Shown here: positions 60,060 through 64,000 of the stretch, piece after piece
How positions within the stretch are numbered: the first letter of the stretch is position 1
Layout: every line of letters begins with the position of its first letter
NCBI GenBank assembly: GCA_009602735.1
Contig: WELA01001485.1
Span: forward strand, 124,001 to 188,000
Origin: Mesotaenium endlicherianum
Lineage: Eukaryota
Direction of reading: 5' to 3'
Length of the DNA stretch: 64,000 nt
Translations under genes and position numbers: made by a program
Notes under the pieces: model-generated
Databases searched by the model: none
What the model was told of the DNA's origin: nothing
The model's input: only the letters and a program-made list of their open reading frames with translations

Positions 60060-61409
60060 TTGGGCAACATCCTTCTCATAGACGACGAAGAAAAACTCCG
60101 CACCTTGCTCAGCCGCATCATCCGGCTCGAAGGGTTCATGGTATGGGAAGCGCCCGACCTCAAATCGGCACGTAAGCTGATGGATAAAGAGACCATAGAT
60201 GTGGTGCTCTGCGATGTAAAATTACCTGATGGCAATGGCCTGCAGTTTGTACAGGAGCTCAAGTCCAAATATCTTTCCGTTGAAATCATATTGCTCACCG
60301 CTTATGGCAATATTGCCGATGGCGTTCAGGCCATGAAGAGTGGCGCTTTTGATTATATCACCAAGGGTGATGACAACGAAAAAGTAATTCCGCTCATCAA
60401 CCAGGCAATGGAAAAAGTACAACTGCGCAAGCATATTGAGTTATTGGAACAACGCGTGGGCAAGCGATATGGTTTCGAGCAGATCCTTGGCCGCTCGCCC
60501 CTGATCAAGGAAGCTGTAGCCCTGGCGCAAAAAGTAGCGCCTACCGATGCCACAGTTCTGTTACTGGGAGAAACGGGCACCGGCAAAGAAGTTTTTGCCC
60601 AGGCCATACACCATGCCAGTAAAAGAACCTGCAAGCCTTTTCTGGCACTCAATTGCAGCGCATTTGGGAAAGAATTGCTGGAGAGTGAATTATTCGGACA
60701 CAAAGCCGGTGCTTTCACCAGTGCAGTGAAAGACAAAAAAGGACTCATAGAAGAAGCGAATAATGGCACCCTGTTTCTCGACGAGATCGGCGAAATGCCT
60801 ATGGAACTGCAGGCCAAATTATTGCGCGTGCTGGAAACAGGAGAATTCATCAAAGTAGGTGATACCCGCTCTACCAAAGTGAATGTGCGCATCATTGCCG
60901 CTACCAACCGAAGTTTACAGGATGAAATACAATCAGGACATTTCCGTGAAGACCTTTATTACCGGCTGAATGTTTTCACCATTACACTACCGGCACTGCG
61001 CGAAAGAATCAAAGACATCCCATTACTCGCCGAACATTTCCTACGCCAGTTTGCTCTCAAAACCAATCAGCATGTTACAACTATGAACACTGAATTCATG
61101 GAGCGCCTGCAGCAACACGATTGGAAGGGCAATATCCGCGAACTCAAGAACGTCATGGAAAGAGCGGTGATCCTGGCCACAGGAGATACCCTTACAACAG
61201 AAGACCTGCCGTTTGAATTGCAATCCAGTTTAGGCTCTATCCATAAGAGTTCATCCCAACTTTCCGCTTTTGATCTCTCCAGTGTTGAAAAACTACACAT
61301 ACAACGCGTCTTAAACCATACCAAAGGAAATAAAACCGAAGCCGCCAGGCTATTGAACATCGGGCTCACTACTTTATACAGGAAAATTGAGGAGTATCAT
61401 ATCCTGTGA
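60060..61409 (+). CDS. Sigma54-dependent NtrC-family response regulator
   Basis: REC; GETGTGKE; ESELFGH..GAFTSA; LFLDEIGE; DLYYRLN; WKGNIREL; Fis HTH. Confidence 0.95.
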   Translation: MGNILLIDDEEKLRTLLSRIIRLEGFMVWEAPDLKSARKLMDKETIDVVLCDVKLPDGNGLQFVQELKSKYLSVEIILLTAYGNIADGVQAMKSGAFDYITKGDDNEKVIPLINQAMEKVQLRKHIELLEQRVGKRYGFEQILGRSPLIKEAVALAQKVAPTDATVLLLGETGTGKEVFAQAIHHASKRTCKPFLALNCSAFGKELLESELFGHKAGAFTSAVKDKKGLIEEANNGTLFLDEIGEMPMELQAKLLRVLETGEFIKVGDTRSTKVNVRIIAATNRSLQDEIQSGHFREDLYYRLNVFTITLPALRERIKDIPLLAEHFLRQFALKTNQHVTTMNTEFMERLQQHDWKGNIRELKNVMERAVILATGDTLTTEDLPFELQSSLGSIHKSSSQLSAFDLSSVEKLHIQRVLNHTKGNKTEAARLLNIGLTTLYRKIEEYHIL

Positions 61410-61521
61410 AGTTCACATGAATCAATGCATGTCTCTTAACTGCAAAAACATTATCTTAGAAAACACTAACACCCCCGGTACTACAACACCAGGGGTCGAA
61501 AGATCAAAAATAATAGTAAGC

Positions 61522-62631
61522 ATGAGAAAACTATTCCTTGCTCTTACAGGCATTCTCTCAGTTGCACAGGCACAAACAAACAACAGGCCTCAAACCCCTA
61601 AACCTCCTTTCCATTACAATGTTGATAGTGTTGAATATGACAATACAGAGAAGACCGTTCATTTAGGCGCCACATTAACGTATCCGAAAACAAAGGGCCC
61701 CTTCCCGGTAGCCATAATGATCACCGGAAGCGGGTTACAGGATAGAGATGAAACCATTTTTAATCATAAGCCTTTTGCTGTAATTGCCGATTACTTAACC
61801 AACCATGGCATTGCCGTATTAAGGGTAGACGACAGGAATATCGGCAAAAGCAAAGGAGATGTATTAAATGCTACCAGCGCTGATTTTGCAAATGATGTGG
61901 AAGCAAGTATTCATTATTTATTAACCAGAAAAGAAATTAATAAGCGCAAGATAGGCCTTATCGGACATAGTGAGGGCGGCTTTATTGCACCTTTGGTGTA
62001 CACGAAATGGCCCCATTTGTCTTTTATAATCTCCTTAGCGGGAACGGGTGTATCGGGCGCAGAAGTATTGCTGAAACAGCAAACGGACCCTTTAAAAAAT
62101 GCAGTAAATGGCGATACATACAATGCTTTCTATTCACTTACGAAACAAACACTACAAATTATTCATGATCATGCTAATGAAAATGACTCGTTGATATTGA
62201 ATAGGGCAAAAGAATTATTTGCCAGTTGGAAAAATGGTTTACCCGATAGCATTTTAACACCGCTTAATGCAAAAAAAGTAACACCAGAGATATATGCTGA
62301 TTTCCAAGTCAAAGCGGAATTGAAGCCCTGGCTTAAATATTTTATTGCTACGGAACCGGATCTGTTTTGGAGTAAAGTAAAATGCCCGGTATTGGTATTA
62401 AATGGCGGGAAAGACATCCAGGTATACCCGGAACAGAATGTGTCTGCGATTACAGCGTCACTAAACAAAGCCGGAAATAAAAATGTAACGGCTAAGATCT
62501 TCTCCGGATTAAACCATTTGTTTCAGCATTGTACCAAATGCACCATCCAGGAATATGCACAATTGTCAGAAACCTTCGCCCCGGAAGTATTAGAAGTAAT
62601 GAACAATTGGCTCGTTAGTAAAATACTGTAA
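61522..62631 (+). CDS. Secreted alpha/beta hydrolase
   Basis: Signal peptide; ITGSG.QDRDE, GHSEGG nucleophile elbow, GGKD.QV, LNHLFQ. Confidence 0.88.
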   Translation: MRKLFLALTGILSVAQAQTNNRPQTPKPPFHYNVDSVEYDNTEKTVHLGATLTYPKTKGPFPVAIMITGSGLQDRDETIFNHKPFAVIADYLTNHGIAVLRVDDRNIGKSKGDVLNATSADFANDVEASIHYLLTRKEINKRKIGLIGHSEGGFIAPLVYTKWPHLSFIISLAGTGVSGAEVLLKQQTDPLKNAVNGDTYNAFYSLTKQTLQIIHDHANENDSLILNRAKELFASWKNGLPDSILTPLNAKKVTPEIYADFQVKAELKPWLKYFIATEPDLFWSKVKCPVLVLNGGKDIQVYPEQNVSAITASLNKAGNKNVTAKIFSGLNHLFQHCTKCTIQEYAQLSETFAPEVLEVMNNWLVSKIL

Positions 62632-62754
62632 ATACCCCATTTCTCAAGCAACTATTTCAAGGGCTTTCGAGCAAACGGTTACCGTCAATATGGAATCGTG
62701 TATGGAGTTGCTTAGCTACTTCCAGGTTGGTTTTTTTGAATCGCCCCCTTCCCT

Positions 62755-62786
62755 CCCAAAATGAAAAAACCACCCCAAAATGAAAA
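62755..62786. promoter_or_regulatory. Tandem direct repeat, candidate enhancer for kdp
   Basis: CCCAAAATGAAAA at 62755-62767 and 62774-62786. Confidence 0.55.
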
Positions 62787-62886
62787 GGTATAGCGGAGCG
62801 GCTTTTTCTACCTCTTTTTTCTGCTGTAACAGCGAACCCTTACAAACAAAGGGTTTGCCATTCCCAATACGCTAACCTGTCTTTAG

Positions 62887-62901
62887 TGGCATCCTTTTGG
62901 C
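62887..62901 (+). promoter_or_regulatory. Sigma54-like promoter of the kdp operon
   Basis: TGGCATCCTTTTGGC with GG-N10-GC spacing, 20 nt before the first micro-ORF. Confidence 0.55.
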
Positions 62902-62921
62902 GCATCGCTCAAAAACATGCT

Positions 62922-63005
62922 ATGCAAACAATACTGCTCATTGCCGTCGGGCTCGTCCTCTTCGCCCTGTTTTTCAAATTCATTCAATGGTTCGAAAAAA
63001 TATAA
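62922..63005 (+). CDS. 27-aa single-TM micro-protein upstream of kdpF
   Basis: MQTILLIAVGLVLFALFFKFIQWFEKI*; stop 3 nt before the kdpF ATG. Confidence 0.65.
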   Translation: MQTILLIAVGLVLFALFFKFIQWFEKI

Positions 63006-63008
63006 TCC

Positions 63009-63086
63009 ATGTTATTACTATTCATTATTGCTATCCTGGTTTTCTGCTACCTCTGTTATGTACTGGTAAAACCCGAGAAATTTTAA
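63009..63086 (+). CDS. kdpF: K+-transporting ATPase subunit F
   Basis: MLLLFIIAILVFCYLCYVLVKPEKF*; YL.Y.L..PEKF signature. Confidence 0.9.
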   Translation: MLLLFIIAILVFCYLCYVLVKPEKF

Positions 63087-63105
63087 ACCATAAGCAGCCT
63101 TTATT

Positions 63106-64000
63106 ATGAACACAGAAATTTTAGGCATCAGTATCACTTTCATCCTTACACTTTTATTGGCCATCCCATTAGGCCGGTACATAGGGAAAGTGTATAGCGA
63201 AGAAAAAAACTGGCCCGACAGATTCCTGGCACCGCTCGACCGCCTGTTCTTTAAACTGTCGGGCATCAGGCCGGAAAAAGAAATGAACTGGAAACAGCAC
63301 CTCACAGCCTTGCTTACCATCAACCTGGTATGGTTTCTCTTTTCCATGTTTATACTCATGAACATGCAATGGCTGCCGCTCAACCCCGATGGCAACCCCG
63401 GCATGTCGGCCGATCTGGCTTTCAATACCACCATCAGTTTCGTCAGCAATACCAACCTGCAGCACTATAGTGGCGAGACAGGCGTTTCCTACCTCGGTCA
63501 ATTGGTGTTGATGTTATTCCAATTCATCAGTGCAGGTGCAGGTATGGCTGTTTGCGCAGTAGTATTTCATGCAATGAAAGAAAGAACCACGGACAAACTC
63601 GGCAATTTCTATAACTACTTTGTGAAAAGCTGCACCAGGATATTGTTGCCGCTTTCAATTGTGCTGGCCCTGTTACTGGTATTCAATGGTACACCCATGA
63701 CCTTCCAGGGTAAGTCACAGTTTATTTCATTACAGGGAGATACGGTAAATGTGTCAAGGGGTCCTGCCGCAGCGATGGTGGCCATCAAGCAACTGGGCAC
63801 CAATGGCGGCGGCTTTTTCGGCGCCAACTCTGCCCACCCCCTGGAGAACCCCAACTATTTCACCAATATGGCTGAATGTGCTTCTATCTTTCTCATTCCA
63901 GTGGCGATGGTTTTTGCTATGGGCTATGTACTCAAGAAAAGAAGACTGGCCTGGACCATCTTTGGCGTCATGACCATTGGGTGCCTGCTCTTCCTCCTGC
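63106..64000 (+). CDS. kdpA: K+-transporting ATPase subunit A (partial, runs off the window)
   Basis: MNTEILG...LAIPLGRY; LPLNPDG; LAFNTTISFVSNTNLQHYSGE; IKQLGTNGGGFFGANSAHPLENP. Confidence 0.96.
   Translation, partial: MNTEILGISITFILTLLLAIPLGRYIGKVYSEEKNWPDRFLAPLDRLFFKLSGIRPEKEMNWKQHLTALLTINLVWFLFSMFILMNMQWLPLNPDGNPGMSADLAFNTTISFVSNTNLQHYSGETGVSYLGQLVLMLFQFISAGAGMAVCAVVFHAMKERTTDKLGNFYNYFVKSCTRILLPLSIVLALLLVFNGTPMTFQGKSQFISLQGDTVNVSRGPAAAMVAIKQLGTNGGGFFGANSAHPLENPNYFTNMAECASIFLIPVAMVFAMGYVLKKRRLAWTIFGVMTIGCLLFLL

Overview
Chromosomal window from a Bacteroidota bacterium, most likely Chitinophagaceae (inferred from gene content, T9SS porZ and TAnnTTTG promoter elements). It is mostly housekeeping and envelope genes: porZ, icmF, tsaB, nadB, ispG, kbl, a complete arginine operon of the succinyl-ornithine type, gcvT/gcvH, serS, mqnC, a SWIM-SNF2 ATPase, a PadR-PspC stress locus, an ECF sigma/anti-sigma/OMP module, a chromosomal class D beta-lactamase and the start of a kdp operon. 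I saw no rRNA, tRNA, CRISPR, transposase, integrase or prophage. The most interesting signals are intergenic and missed by the ORF track: (1) a 34-codon leader ORF ending F-P-R-R-G-C whose stop codon lies in a hairpin, upstream of the arg operon (candidate arginine-sensing leader); (2) a candidate ~90-nt sigma54-dependent sRNA convergent on vanZ; (3) a ~170-nt multi-stem element after a tailless ssb; (4) a sigma54-type promoter, tandem repeats and two micro-ORFs before kdpA; (5) several operator-like palindromes or direct repeats; (6) a pseudogene collapsed by several internal deletions. All functional calls come from motif recognition, not database searches.
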